Positions 46,801 through 56,082 of a stretch of 64,000 nucleotides of DNA are shown piece after piece. The stretch is from Mageeibacillus sp. UBA1212 (GTDB taxonomy: Bacteria > Bacillota > Clostridia > UBA1212): positions 2,856-66,855 of the forward strand of contig DBXM01000051.1 of the NCBI GenBank assembly GCA_002309655.1, given 5' to 3'. Below the pieces are notes generated by a model. It searched no databases. It was given only the letters and a program-made list of their open reading frames with translations, and was not told where the DNA came from. The position numbers and the translations under genes are program-made. Position 1 is the stretch's first letter; every line of letters begins with the position of its first letter.

Positions 46801-49800
46801 CAGAGAACAAAAGTTCCTCATCGTGTGAACTGCTGCTGCTAAAGTGAATACCGATGCCGAATTTACCGGAACTGACTGCTTTTCCTTTGCCGAACCCGCT
46901 CACCACCAGGTATCCTCCGTCGGATACCGAAGATGGCAAAACCCGGCTCAAGCTTCTTTGTGAACTGATGCTGCCGGGTATAACAACGCCTCTTATCAGG
47001 TCATTTTCCGAAACTGTCGGAGAAAAAGAACCGTTTACCGTCCATTCAGTTGTTCCGTTATAAAAGGAACTGTCGGGAATCTGATTTGTAGGTCTTGCAA
47101 GCGCCCCCTCTGTCAGCGACACGAGGTCGAAATACAGATTACCGCTTAAGTTTTTAACACCAATAAGGATGCTTACGCTTCCTTCAGTGGCAATCGATGG
47201 GATCTCGAATGTATACTGAATCGAACTTAAATTGGAATAAGCCTTTTGAGAAGATACCATTTTAACATTTGGCTGTCCGTAAAAAGTGTACTTTATCCCA
47301 AACACTAATTCTCCGGACCCGGTTAGTTCGGATGTATCAACAGCGGCAGTGAGAGTGTATGTTTTTCCGGTATCAGCCGACGGAACCGGATACGACGCGT
47401 ACACCTCTGTATTTGGAAAGTTCGCAATATTCTGAGAAAGTTTAAAACAAGTATCGCCGTATTTAAATCCAACGAAATGACCTGCCGTAGTATTCGATAC
47501 CAAGTCTCCGCTGCCAAACAATGAGAAGTAACTCCACTCGTCTGAAAACGAAGTAAAATCCTCCACAAGATTTCCGTCGGTCATTACTGCGGACGTCTGT
47601 CCGGACAGCAGATTCATGGCGCCGACGGTGCCTCCCTCATACTCGCTTCCGGACACGTTTCCTAAACTGTCAAAAACAGATGTAGTCCTGCCGTTTCGAT
47701 CGAAATAAATATACTCAGTATATGATGTTGAGAAATTATATGCGTTATAGCATGTCGTTGGATTCCCAAGCGAAAAAAGAGCCATATCGCACGGTTCATA
47801 GACAGAGGATTCCACAAACACATATTTGGTAACAATTGTTGTTGCACACACACCCGTGGCATTCGGCGAGCTTCGTGTGAGGAAAACATATTCTCTGTCA
47901 TTATTCTCGGAAGATGATTTCCTGTATCCAAAACGATTCAGAGCCCCGTTAGAATTATATGAAATATTAGTATGCTCACCGGTTGGAAGGCTGATTTTGT
48001 TTAAATACTCACCCGAATAGAAGAACGAAACTGCGCGATCCGGGCAGTCATCGTTCTTAATGCTATTCAGCCGCGATTGCGCATATACAAAAGAAATCTG
48101 CACTCCGTTGCCGTCAACAACGCCCGTAATTTTAGGAGTTGACCCGGAATAACTGATCAGGAAACTGTCCCCATACTCGTTTTCAAACTCTTCAAGATAA
48201 CCTGATGCATTAAAACATGCTTTTTTACCGTCATGATAATCAATTATTCGAGTTAAATCATTATACTCGTAAATAGGGTATTCTTCACATTTGTATATAT
48301 GGCCGCTTGAATGAATGTAGCTGTGTTTTGCTCCTGTCCCGTCAGTAAGAACATAATAAGAGTAGGAGCTGTTATTAATATCAGTAACGGTCTCGGCTTT
48401 CATTGTTTGTATAACAGATGGTCTCCAACCGTTGCCGTAATAAAGATCTGTCTCAGTGTTTTTAAATGCGGTGCTGTACACCAGATCAATTGAAACAGGC
48501 AGTATTTCACCTGTTGTCGATACAACCGGGTGTATAAATACGACATCCCCGTTGATGTCTTTAATATATGCTGTGCCTGAGCCGTCAATGGAAATTGAGT
48601 GAGTCGACTGATAGCTGTTTAACCCCGAGTTGTCGGAAAAAGTGATCTGAACAGCAGTCATCGGCACTAAGTAGTGCCCAGGAAGAGAACCCGAAGGAGC
48701 TTCCGTAGTCAGGGCAAGTCCATAGCTGTTACCTCTTACATAATCCTGAATTATGGATGTAATATCAAGTGAAAAGCTTATAGATGAAGGCAGATATCCG
48801 ACTGCCTGAAGCCTTGCAGAGTCAGTTAAACCGCCATAGGAACCCGGAACCGACGGAGTAGTATTTCCAAGATACGCATCATCCGGATCCCAATTGCTGT
48901 TGATTTTTTCAGCCCTGACAAATGTATCAAAGGGGATAGCAGGCATTATATAGGCGTTGACGGCAAGTGAAGCCGCCCCGATTGTCACCCCGGCAGGCAA
49001 GCCGGTTAAAAAATCAGGTTTGAATTTCAGATATGTTTGCACGCCGTTTCCGATAGCCAAACCGTAACCGCGATTGTTTCCCTCTATGTAAACCGCCTCA
49101 TAGGCATCATCTTCATCAGGATAAACAATGACTATTGTCGGATCAATTCTTACAGGGAATTCCCTGTTCTCCTCATTTATCCACTCCGCATCGGCAATGA
49201 CAGTGACAAGAAAACCGTCTCCGGTATCGTCCAGAGTCACAGAAAGACAATCCGAGCATTCATCCTTGGAATCTCTCATATAATCCGCGGTCAGTTTGAA
49301 AACTGAGTTTCCGGACTCATTGTAAATCAGAATACAGTTGTCTTTTAATTCGGCATTGCAGTTATTTACCGAAAGAACAAACGAATATACGTACTGTTCG
49401 AAACCACCCTCGCTTATGACAATGTTTTCTTTAATTTCATAAGGCTTTATCGTGTATTCAAGAGATGCAGAGGGGGAAGTATTAGAACTTGCGAACAAAT
49501 TATCGTAAACAACTGTTCCGTTCTCGCAGGGGTTTTCGGTCAGCAGTTCATCATCAGTGTGAGTAACCTGATCATACCGTGCCTCCGAAGGTTCATCTGA
49601 CGTGTTAAGCGGAGAAAGAGAAAGCGAAACACCGTTGTAATCCAAATCTATCAATTCATTGCCGTCTTCTGAAGAAGTAGCAAAAGAAATCGTATACGGG
49701 GCGTCGAGTGTTATGAACCGTCCATCCCGCTCGTGAAGCGTAAGGTTAATCTTCCTCCAGACTCCTTCTCCGGTCTTGTAATTGACAGGACGGCCGAATA

Positions 49801-50188
49801 CTAAACGGGTATAGTTTCCGTTTTTCAGAGCGTAATCTCTTGTAAATCCATTGGTGAAATCGGTTGTCTGATATCTGACGTCGGAGCGCTTGTAGGGATC
49901 AACATCCTCGACAGTCGCAGGGTGTCCGAGTTTTTCAAGCAAAAGCTGCTCATATTCCGAGGACTTGTCGTTTTTTACTATTCCGCCTGTTGCAAACTCA
50001 TCTCCGGGAGTTGCATAGTATTCCGATGATGTGTGATAAGACTGTTTTGGAAGATTTGCAGCATGTTCTTCGCCGTATACGTTTGCAAAAACATTCGTCG
50101 GGATCAACGTTGCAAATATAGCGAAGACGAGCACAATCGCAACAGCCTTGAATTCTATGTTGAAATGCCGAATACTATTCATGACCAA
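43814..50188 (-). CDS. Secreted RHS/YD-repeat polymorphic toxin (2124 aa) whose variable C-terminal domain carries an HExxH motif.
   Basis: Signal peptide. Many YD repeats (YDALGQL, YTYDNGGNL, YLYDADGLRTRK, FDYDAAGRI). RHS core end YYDPYLGRFINADS. About 240-aa C-terminal tail with LRHERGHNWQ and hydrophobic helices. SD ggaggattgg upstream of the ATG. Confidence 0.85.
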   Translation of the reverse strand: MVMNSIRHFNIEFKAVAIVLVFAIFATLIPTNVFANVYGEEHAANLPKQSYHTSSEYYATPGDEFATGGIVKNDKSSEYEQLLLEKLGHPATVEDVDPYKRSDVRYQTTDFTNGFTRDYALKNGNYTRLVFGRPVNYKTGEGVWRKINLTLHERDGRFITLDAPYTISFATSSEDGNELIDLDYNGVSLSLSPLNTSDEPSEARYDQVTHTDDELLTENPCENGTVVYDNLFASSNTSPSASLEYTIKPYEIKENIVISEGGFEQYVYSFVLSVNNCNAELKDNCILIYNESGNSVFKLTADYMRDSKDECSDCLSVTLDDTGDGFLVTVIADAEWINEENREFPVRIDPTIVIVYPDEDDAYEAVYIEGNNRGYGLAIGNGVQTYLKFKPDFLTGLPAGVTIGAASLAVNAYIMPAIPFDTFVRAEKINSNWDPDDAYLGNTTPSVPGSYGGLTDSARLQAVGYLPSSISFSLDITSIIQDYVRGNSYGLALTTEAPSGSLPGHYLVPMTAVQITFSDNSGLNSYQSTHSISIDGSGTAYIKDINGDVVFIHPVVSTTGEILPVSIDLVYSTAFKNTETDLYYGNGWRPSVIQTMKAETVTDINNSSYSYYVLTDGTGAKHSYIHSSGHIYKCEEYPIYEYNDLTRIIDYHDGKKACFNASGYLEEFENEYGDSFLISYSGSTPKITGVVDGNGVQISFVYAQSRLNSIKNDDCPDRAVSFFYSGEYLNKISLPTGEHTNISYNSNGALNRFGYRKSSSENNDREYVFLTRSSPNATGVCATTIVTKYVFVESSVYEPCDMALFSLGNPTTCYNAYNFSTSYTEYIYFDRNGRTTSVFDSLGNVSGSEYEGGTVGAMNLLSGQTSAVMTDGNLVEDFTSFSDEWSYFSLFGSGDLVSNTTAGHFVGFKYGDTCFKLSQNIANFPNTEVYASYPVPSADTGKTYTLTAAVDTSELTGSGELVFGIKYTFYGQPNVKMVSSQKAYSNLSSIQYTFEIPSIATEGSVSILIGVKNLSGNLYFDLVSLTEGALARPTNQIPDSSFYNGTTEWTVNGSFSPTVSENDLIRGVVIPGSISSQRSLSRVLPSSVSDGGYLVVSGFGKGKAVSSGKFGIGIHFSSSSSHDEELLFSAATEGWQFVSVIIKIEGFSSDVTISLVNDYNYTDVCFGGLTAEYIDSFGDYSDRSQYVYDSFGRIQFERGFSGAETEYAYENTLPDRISAVYHTDAAGNETSTFYSYSTLVPTQVIRTDESFAPGGNSSLSVDTYDLYAYNAHGKIIESATLSGINCISHKVYDYTSDGRFLHRETDMSGNDITYSYSSATGDLLSVTDGSGGATSFTYDSYGRLIGESEGGSSFGIAYNPYSTGISHNGFSYSFGTNNAGNMTSFAILDANGSSIRTVAGYSYGGTFGQLSEIHYGNGQTKYFGYDSLGRLTYVAFDSNANISNATFVWYYDNNGNVVKSVDRSDSARVNTKQYSYDPTGRLKCVLSSDGNKVFYQYDVGQSGNIETEFFTTALTTREYDSRTESDAASKMSVREGVTGTKTLTFDDIGRITSFAHDNPSSSLNKSYSYVVKEKDTVYNGHTYHLTNETYLVSSETCSLSSVPALTYTYYDNGKIKTISDNGILTNKYEYDALGQLIREDNKKLNNGSGYTIRYTYDNGGNLLAKMIFSYSPNIGTSSLLGTATLLSIPIYGYNATDKDILSTYIGGSYYSYDTVGNPLTYMGKTSYAMTWSRGNKLATVTPNGAAYAQSYLYDADGLRTRKTLVSNDNVSKRINYFWVGDTLKSEWAADGSYEMVFDYDAAGRICGFAYSQNSGAPSYYRYIRNIQGDITHIINSAGAVVAAYTYDTWGSLISIKNGSGVDVTTDTTSIGYINPVRYRGYYYDNETGFYYLKSRYYDPYLGRFINADSQLNIGEGPLGCNLYTYCRNDPVNCVDINGHYAILVIALLLAFTPIGGSAVQIAASVLSYAGMCIMSCFDEDIKTDLKEIEYNPFNSDVSDVLKSRKVSFYKGVPVFRIGEGERSGSFGIILLADGDDENDLRHERGHNWQLMMSGIITYLITVAIPSSCKLDRKYRLYEEPWEALADILGNAKRGQSSDVIARAWWYYGLSYFIFPAFFWWDESY

Positions 50189-50531
50189 TCCTCCGAATTA
50201 AACCGATGCAGGTAATGCATCTTCTCTCTTTTGTGCTTTGATTATACATCGTTTCTCACATTCAAATCAATTGCTTTTTAAAGAACGATGTAAAGTACGA
50301 TTATCGTTTGGCTTGACTACAGTCAGTCATTTTGCATTGTGATTAGGAAAAACTCAGAGACCCACTGACGTTACGGTTGGAGGCGAAGATAATATAGGCA
50401 AAAAAACGTTAAGGCCGGTTTTTCTACTGTCCGTGCTCGCAGAGAGCATGATAATACTAAGAATGTCTTAAAAGAAATAACCTGAACGCCTTGAAATTTC
50501 CGCTAAAATTGCTTAAAACCGAAAAAAGCAT

Positions 50532-50560
50532 TTCACGCGCGCGGAAAAAAGTGGTATAAT
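50532..50560 (+). promoter_or_regulatory. Promoter with an extended -10 for the glpA-like operon.
   Basis: TTCACG-17 nt-TGgTATAAT (TATAAT at 50555-50560). SD aaacggaggt sits before the ATG at 50594. Confidence 0.5.
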
Positions 50561-50593
50561 GACAGCACCAAATCAAACGGAGGTCTTTCCCGA

Positions 50594-51982
50594 ATGTATG
50601 ATGTGATTATAATCGGCGCGGGCGTTGTCGGAGGAATGATAGCGAGGGAACTGTCGCGGTTCAACGTGTCGGTATTGATTCTCGAAAAAGAAAACGACGT
50701 CGCGCGCGGCGCAACGGGCGCGAACAGCGGTATCGTTCACGCCGGCTTTGACGCGGCAACAGGCAGTCTGAAGGCACATCTCAACGTCCTCGGATGTAAA
50801 ATGATGAAGGACGTGGCCGCGGAACTCGGCGTAAAATACGTCAACAACGGCTCGCTCGTTATCGCCTTCGGGCCCGAACAGGACGAACACGTGAAAACGC
50901 TTTACGCGCGCGGGATCGCGAACGGCGTCGAGGGGCTTAAAATCCTTGACTCAAAAGAGCTTCACGAACTGGAGCCCAACGTGGCCCCGGACGCGACTTC
51001 CGCTCTGTTCGCCCCTTCGGCGGGAATAATCTGCCCCTACAGCCTTGCGATTGCGGCGGTGGGCAGCGCAATGGACAACGGATGCGAATTAAAGCTCCGC
51101 AGTGAAGTGACAGGAATCGTTCGCGAAGACGGCTTATATAAGGTGACGTTGGCCGGCGGCGCGATTGAAGAGGCGCGGTTTGTCGTGAACTGCGCGGGCG
51201 TCTTTTCCGACAAGGTAGCAGCGTTCGCCGGGAAGTGCGATTTCACCGTGCATCCGAGAAGCGGCGAGTATCTGCTTCTGGACAGGGAGTGCGGCGAGCT
51301 TGTGAGCCGCACGATTTTCAGGGTTCCCACTAAAATGGGCAAGGGTATTCTCGTGTCCCCCACCGCCCACGGGAATCTCATTCTCGGCCCCACCTCCACC
51401 GACATCGAAGACAAGGAAGACAAGCGCACCACCCGCGAAGGACTCGACATGGTGGCGAAGGGCGCGGCTTCAAGCGTCAGCGGGCTTCCTTTTAGAAGCG
51501 TCATCACCTCGTTCACGGGCCTCCGCTCGGTGGGCTCCACAGGCGATTTCATCATTAATGAGAGCGACGGCTTCGTGAACTGCGCGGGCATCGAGTCACC
51601 GGGTCTCAGCGCCTCCCCCGCCATCGCGGTCTACGTCAGGAACCTTCTTGCCGGCGCGGGACTCGTTCTCGAGCCCAAGGCGGACTACGTTCCCGGAAGG
51701 CGCGTTTACAAGGCGGATGAAAAGCTCTACACTCACATCGTGTGCCGCTGCGAAACGATCAGCGAGGGCGAGATAGTTTCCGCGATTCACACCAACCCGG
51801 GTGCCACCGACATCGACGGCGTCAAAAAACGCACCAGAAGCGGTATGGGCAGGTGCCAGGGCGGGTTCTGCCAGCCCTTCGTCGCTGAAATTCTCGCGCG
51901 GGAGCTCGGCAGGAGTCTTCTCGAAATTACCAAATCCGGCCCCGGATCGGACATTCTCGCCGGCAGGGTCAAGGAGGTGTGA
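50594..51982 (+). CDS. FAD-dependent oxidoreductase (GlpA/LhgO-like) with a C-terminal BFD-like [2Fe-2S] domain.
   Basis: VIIIGAGVVGGMIAREL dinucleotide-binding N-terminus. C-terminal CRCETISEGEI...GRCQGGFC cysteine pattern. Confidence 0.75.
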   Translation: MYDVIIIGAGVVGGMIARELSRFNVSVLILEKENDVARGATGANSGIVHAGFDAATGSLKAHLNVLGCKMMKDVAAELGVKYVNNGSLVIAFGPEQDEHVKTLYARGIANGVEGLKILDSKELHELEPNVAPDATSALFAPSAGIICPYSLAIAAVGSAMDNGCELKLRSEVTGIVREDGLYKVTLAGGAIEEARFVVNCAGVFSDKVAAFAGKCDFTVHPRSGEYLLLDRECGELVSRTIFRVPTKMGKGILVSPTAHGNLILGPTSTDIEDKEDKRTTREGLDMVAKGAASSVSGLPFRSVITSFTGLRSVGSTGDFIINESDGFVNCAGIESPGLSASPAIAVYVRNLLAGAGLVLEPKADYVPGRRVYKADEKLYTHIVCRCETISEGEIVSAIHTNPGATDIDGVKKRTRSGMGRCQGGFCQPFVAEILARELGRSLLEITKSGPGSDILAGRVKEV

Positions 51983-51985
51983 GCC

Positions 51986-53308
51986 ATGGCAAACGTCAAA
52001 AAATCCGTTAAAAACAGCCCCGAAGAGGCGGAAAACGTCAAAAAGACGTCTCTTGTAATAATCGGAGGCGGTCCCGCGGGAATGGCGGCAGCGGTCAGCG
52101 CCTACGAACACGGCGTCCGCGACATACTCATTCTCGAGCGCGACTCGCACCTGGGCGGCATTCTCAACCAATGCATCCACGCGGGCTTCGGTCTCCACAA
52201 ATTCGGCGAGGAACTGACCGGTCCCGAGTACGCCTCTCGCTACGCCGAAAAAGTCATCTCGCTCGGCATTCCGTACAAGCTCGGCGCGATGGTAACAGAC
52301 ATCACCCCCGAAAAGCGCATCACTTACTTAAGCGAAGAGGACGGAAAGGTCACTCTCGACGCCGACGCGGTGATTCTCGCAATGGGCGCGCGCGAAAGAA
52401 GCCGCGGCGCTCTCAACATTCCCGGAACGAGACCGGCAGGCGTCTACACAGCAGGCACAGCGCAGCGCTATGTCAATATAAAAGGTCTCATGCCCGGCAA
52501 AAAGGTCGTGATTCTCGGCTCCGGCGATATCGGCCTAATCATGGCGCGCAGAATGACTCTCGAAGGCGCGGAGGTCAAAGCCGTCTGCGAGCTGCTCCCC
52601 TATTCCGGCGGTCTCGCCCGCAACATCGCGCAGTGCCTCGACGACTTTGGCATCCCGCTCATGCTCAGCCACACTGTTACCGAAATTCACGGCAAGGACC
52701 GCGTCACGGGAGTCACGATCTCGGAAGTTGACGAAAGGCGCAATCCCATTCCCGGCACCGAACAGTACATAGAATGCGACACGCTGCTCCTCTCCTGCGG
52801 GCTCCTTCCCGAGAACGAGCTGTCGAAAAAGGCGGGCGTGGCGCTTGACAGAGTTACCGGCGGCGCGGTGGTGAACGACTCCCGCGAGACTTCGGTTCCC
52901 GGCATTTTCTCCTGCGGCAACGTGCTCCACATTCACGACCTGGTCGACTACGTGTCCGACGAAGGCGAGCTGTGCGGCATTTTCGCGGCGGAATATCTGG
53001 AAAATGAAGGAAAAACGGCGGAAAATACCGGAAAAACAATAAAAGTCAAAGCTGGCGGCATCGTCAGATACACCGTTCCCATGAGCATCAACGACCCCGG
53101 AAGAGACGTGAAGATCTTCTTCAGAGTCGGCGAAAACATGCGCAACGCGAAGATCGAGGCAGTCTCAGGCGATTCTGTGATTTACTCAAAAACGAAGAAG
53201 CGGGTCGCGCCGGGCGAGATGGAAAATATCACCCTCACCCCGAAAATTCTCGCGCAGGCCCTCGAAACCGGCGAACTCACCGTAAGGATCATGAAGGAGG
53301 CGAACTGA
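51986..53308 (+). CDS. Pyridine nucleotide-disulfide oxidoreductase family protein (FAD/NAD-binding).
   Basis: Two Rossmann motifs, LVIIGGGPAGMAAA and VVILGSGDIGLIMA. Confidence 0.7.
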   Translation: MANVKKSVKNSPEEAENVKKTSLVIIGGGPAGMAAAVSAYEHGVRDILILERDSHLGGILNQCIHAGFGLHKFGEELTGPEYASRYAEKVISLGIPYKLGAMVTDITPEKRITYLSEEDGKVTLDADAVILAMGARERSRGALNIPGTRPAGVYTAGTAQRYVNIKGLMPGKKVVILGSGDIGLIMARRMTLEGAEVKAVCELLPYSGGLARNIAQCLDDFGIPLMLSHTVTEIHGKDRVTGVTISEVDERRNPIPGTEQYIECDTLLLSCGLLPENELSKKAGVALDRVTGGAVVNDSRETSVPGIFSCGNVLHIHDLVDYVSDEGELCGIFAAEYLENEGKTAENTGKTIKVKAGGIVRYTVPMSINDPGRDVKIFFRVGENMRNAKIEAVSGDSVIYSKTKKRVAPGEMENITLTPKILAQALETGELTVRIMKEAN

Positions 53309-53309
53309 C

Positions 53310-53669
53310 ATGGAGAAAATGACGAAAACAATGACCTGCATCGTCTGCCCGATCGGCTGCTCGCTGACTGCGGTCAGAGACGAAAACGGGAACGTTACGG
53401 TCACCGGCAACTCCTGCCCCCGAGGCGCCAAATACGCGGTGTCCGAGCTCACCGCCCCGGTCCGCACGCTGACCTCCGTTGTGAGAACCGAAAACGGCGA
53501 CATGCTCTCCGTTAAAACGAGCGAGCCCATTCCCAAGGAACTCGTTCGCGAAGCCGCCAAAGCGCTGGCCGGCGTTGTCGCCAAGACGCCTGTCCGCATC
53601 GGCGACGTCATCGTGAAGGACATTTTAGGAACCGGTTCGGATATCGTCGCCACGAAAGACATCGGTTAA
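53310..53669 (+). CDS. DUF1667-domain protein, third member of the clostridial glycerol-3-phosphate dehydrogenase-like trio.
   Basis: CIVCPIGC...CPRG cysteine pattern. Tight coupling, with the start 2 nt after the upstream stop. Confidence 0.6.
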   Translation: MEKMTKTMTCIVCPIGCSLTAVRDENGNVTVTGNSCPRGAKYAVSELTAPVRTLTSVVRTENGDMLSVKTSEPIPKELVREAAKALAGVVAKTPVRIGDVIVKDILGTGSDIVATKDIG

Positions 53670-53693
53670 GAATCAAGTGTTTATATAATAAGC

Positions 53694-53745
53694 GCGGCCG
53701 CTCCCCTCTGAAAAATTCCAAGGGGGAGCGGCCGCTTCCTTTATA
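53694..53745. terminator. Bidirectional terminator between convergent genes.
   Basis: gcggccgctcccc-(15-nt loop)-ggggagcggccgc forms a perfect 13-bp stem flanked by A/T-rich tracts. Confidence 0.6.
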
Positions 53746-53762
53746 GCTGCACACTAAAACAA

Positions 53763-54740
53763 TTATTTCTTCTTCGTGAGCAGAATGATCACCACGATTA
53801 TTACCGCGATCGCGAGTATCGACACGACGACTGTAAGGCAGATCATTGCCAGCTGCGCGCTCGAGATTTCGATCTTGCCTTCAGGGGGTTCCCAGCCGGG
53901 CGTTTCGGTCGCGGGAGCTTCCGTAGGATTAACGGGTTCACCGGTGGGCGTCGAAGGATCCTCCGAAGGCGCTTCGGTCTCAACAGGAGCCGCCGCCTTG
54001 AACTCCACCTGAATTATATTCGTGTACGAGTTGGTCGACTTCCCGTCCTTCACCGACTCGACCATGCAGCAGTAGTTGACCGTTCCCGGCGTGTCGGAAG
54101 AGATCTCAATCGAGGGGCCGTCGAAGCCGTCGTCCATAATCGCCTTGATGTCCGCAAGATTTTCGCTGAAGCTCGTGTACCACTGATAGTTGTACGTGAC
54201 GCCTTCCTGAGGCTCCGCTTCGACCGAAAGAACGGCCTTTTCGCCGCAGGTGGCGGTAACCTTCGCCGGCGCCTTCATTACCGGAGGCATAGGCATTCCC
54301 GCTTCGCAAATGCTGACGACCGCCGCCGGTGAAGTCGTTTTGACTCCGTTCTCATCGCAGACGCAGTAAACCTCGGCGCCTCCCAGGTCCTTCGTGACGC
54401 CTTCAAAGAACAGTGTCTTGCCGTCGGCTGAAACGCCGAAGCCGGTCACGTAGTTGATCCACTGCGCCGAAGAGAGGTCGAGGTTGGCGAAATCGTACGT
54501 GTTGCCGTCAAATTTCAGGTACCACGAAAAGGTCGCGTAGGCGCTCTCGGAATCGACCGTGTAAGTCGCCACGGAGTCCTCCGGGAACTGTCTGGACATG
54601 GGATACGCGGTGAAATCCGCGAACACGCACGCAGGCGCGAATAATACAAACACAAGAGCCGCCGCAAAGGCAGCCGCCAAAAACCTGACAGCAAGTCTCA
54701 TAATTTCCCTCTTTTTAGACAAATAATAAACCCCGCCCAA
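53763..54740 (-). CDS. Surface protein with a signal peptide, Ig-like region, Pro/Thr/Glu-rich stalk and a C-terminal TM anchor.
   Basis: N-terminal hydrophobic signal. C-terminal ICLTVVVSILAIAVIIVVIILLTKKK. Confidence 0.45.
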   Translation of the reverse strand: MGGVYYLSKKREIMRLAVRFLAAAFAAALVFVLFAPACVFADFTAYPMSRQFPEDSVATYTVDSESAYATFSWYLKFDGNTYDFANLDLSSAQWINYVTGFGVSADGKTLFFEGVTKDLGGAEVYCVCDENGVKTTSPAAVVSICEAGMPMPPVMKAPAKVTATCGEKAVLSVEAEPQEGVTYNYQWYTSFSENLADIKAIMDDGFDGPSIEISSDTPGTVNYCCMVESVKDGKSTNSYTNIIQVEFKAAAPVETEAPSEDPSTPTGEPVNPTEAPATETPGWEPPEGKIEISSAQLAMICLTVVVSILAIAVIIVVIILLTKKK

Positions 54741-54821
54741 AATCGCCTTAGGCGGAACAGAAAGGCCGGAACCTTCCGTTTCAGAGTCCGGTTCCGGCCC
54801 GTTTCAGCCGTTATTAATGCG

Positions 54822-55388
54822 TCAGGCCCACTCGTTTTTGGACGCGGGAACTCTGATGTCGGCAAGAAGGCCTTCATGCTCCCAGAGGAACCACTCGCCT
54901 GTGGAGGGCTTGTTCCTGAGCATTACCGGTCTCGGGTTGTCCGCGCCGGACGATCTGACCCAGAGCTGGAGATAGCCGCCCTCGATCTCACTGTACTGGT
55001 TGGAAGTGAGGGTGATTTTGTAGGGCTCGGAGGGGGTGTAGTCGTTCGCGGGCGAAGTGCCTTCGAAGTAGGAGCGCACAACGTATTCCTTGCCGTCGTA
55101 GGCGAGCCTGTCGTTGATGAAGGTCTTGTCGAACGCGGACAGCGGTCTCGGACCTCTCACGTAGTTGAGCATCTCAAAGCAGACTTCCTTGTCCGCCGGA
55201 TAGAGGTTGAGCGCGACGATCGCGAGCGCCGCAGTCTCGTAAGGATCCTTCAGGCTTGCCTGCGGAAGCGCCTTGAACGCCTCGAGCGTGGTCGGAATGT
55301 CGTCAAAAGTAATCGTTTTCGAGCCGCTGTTGAATACCTGCTTCACGGCCTCTTCTGTCTTTTTCTTCAGGTTGTCAAAAAATCCCAT
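54822..55388 (-). CDS. Hypothetical cytoplasmic protein.
   Basis: 188-aa ORF with good coding statistics and no recognised motif. Confidence 0.4.
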   Translation of the reverse strand: MGFFDNLKKKTEEAVKQVFNSGSKTITFDDIPTTLEAFKALPQASLKDPYETAALAIVALNLYPADKEVCFEMLNYVRGPRPLSAFDKTFINDRLAYDGKEYVVRSYFEGTSPANDYTPSEPYKITLTSNQYSEIEGGYLQLWVRSSGADNPRPVMLRNKPSTGEWFLWEHEGLLADIRVPASKNEWA

Positions 55389-55545
55389 TTTATCTGCCTC
55401 CGTTTTAAATATTTTTCGAAATAACGTGCCGGGAATGCGCTCGATGAACGCCCGAACCGGACTGTTCTTTCCGTATTAATTATATCACGCGCAAGCGCAC
55501 GCCGTCAACAAAGACCGGAAATCCTTAAATTAACTTAAAGCCGTG

Positions 55546-56037
55546 TCATTCCTGCCTGTCTTCATTTTCGCCGTCAGCTTCAATTTCTGCAACAGCTTCG
55601 CCTCCGGAACTCCCGCTCTCGTCAGCGTCCTGAACGTTCTCCGGCTCCGCGGCAGCCGCTTTCTTCCTGCCGGAAAAAAACTTTTTGAGATAGCTTTCCT
55701 CTACGGCTTTGCCGTCGTCCTTGTGGAGTTTGATCTCCCACTGGATAAGGACCGTCAGCGCCGCGCGCAGCAGAATGACCGCGCCGAGAATAAGAAGCTC
55801 GCTCCACTCGCGCACGATAACGGTTCTGAGCAGCTCGCCGCCCATTTTGAACTGGAGAGCCAGCGCGATTCCCTCAGCCAGGTCGAGCTTGACCTTGCGG
55901 TCTCTCTTCGCGAGTCCGATTATCGCCTTGATGACCGTTACCACCAGCACCACGACGCCGACAAGTTCTACCGCCAGCACCAGATACTGGATCACGTACG
56001 TGAATATGTTCTCTACTTTCTGGTAAAACACTTCCAT
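55546..56037 (-). CDS. Small membrane protein with an acidic C-terminal tail.
   Basis: Two to three TM helices followed by a Glu/Asp-rich tail. Confidence 0.4.
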   Translation of the reverse strand: MEVFYQKVENIFTYVIQYLVLAVELVGVVVLVVTVIKAIIGLAKRDRKVKLDLAEGIALALQFKMGGELLRTVIVREWSELLILGAVILLRAALTVLIQWEIKLHKDDGKAVEESYLKKFFSGRKKAAAAEPENVQDADESGSSGGEAVAEIEADGENEDRQE

Positions 56038-56082
56038 AATGAATAAATATTCCTCAATATGAAATCCTCAAAATTACGCAAA

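Noticed and set aside
43200-50600. Search for integrase, transposase, tRNA or direct repeats bounding the AT-rich RHS island.
   Set aside because: No recombinase ORF, tRNA-like sequence or obvious flanking direct repeat was visible by eye. The island is called on composition and content only.
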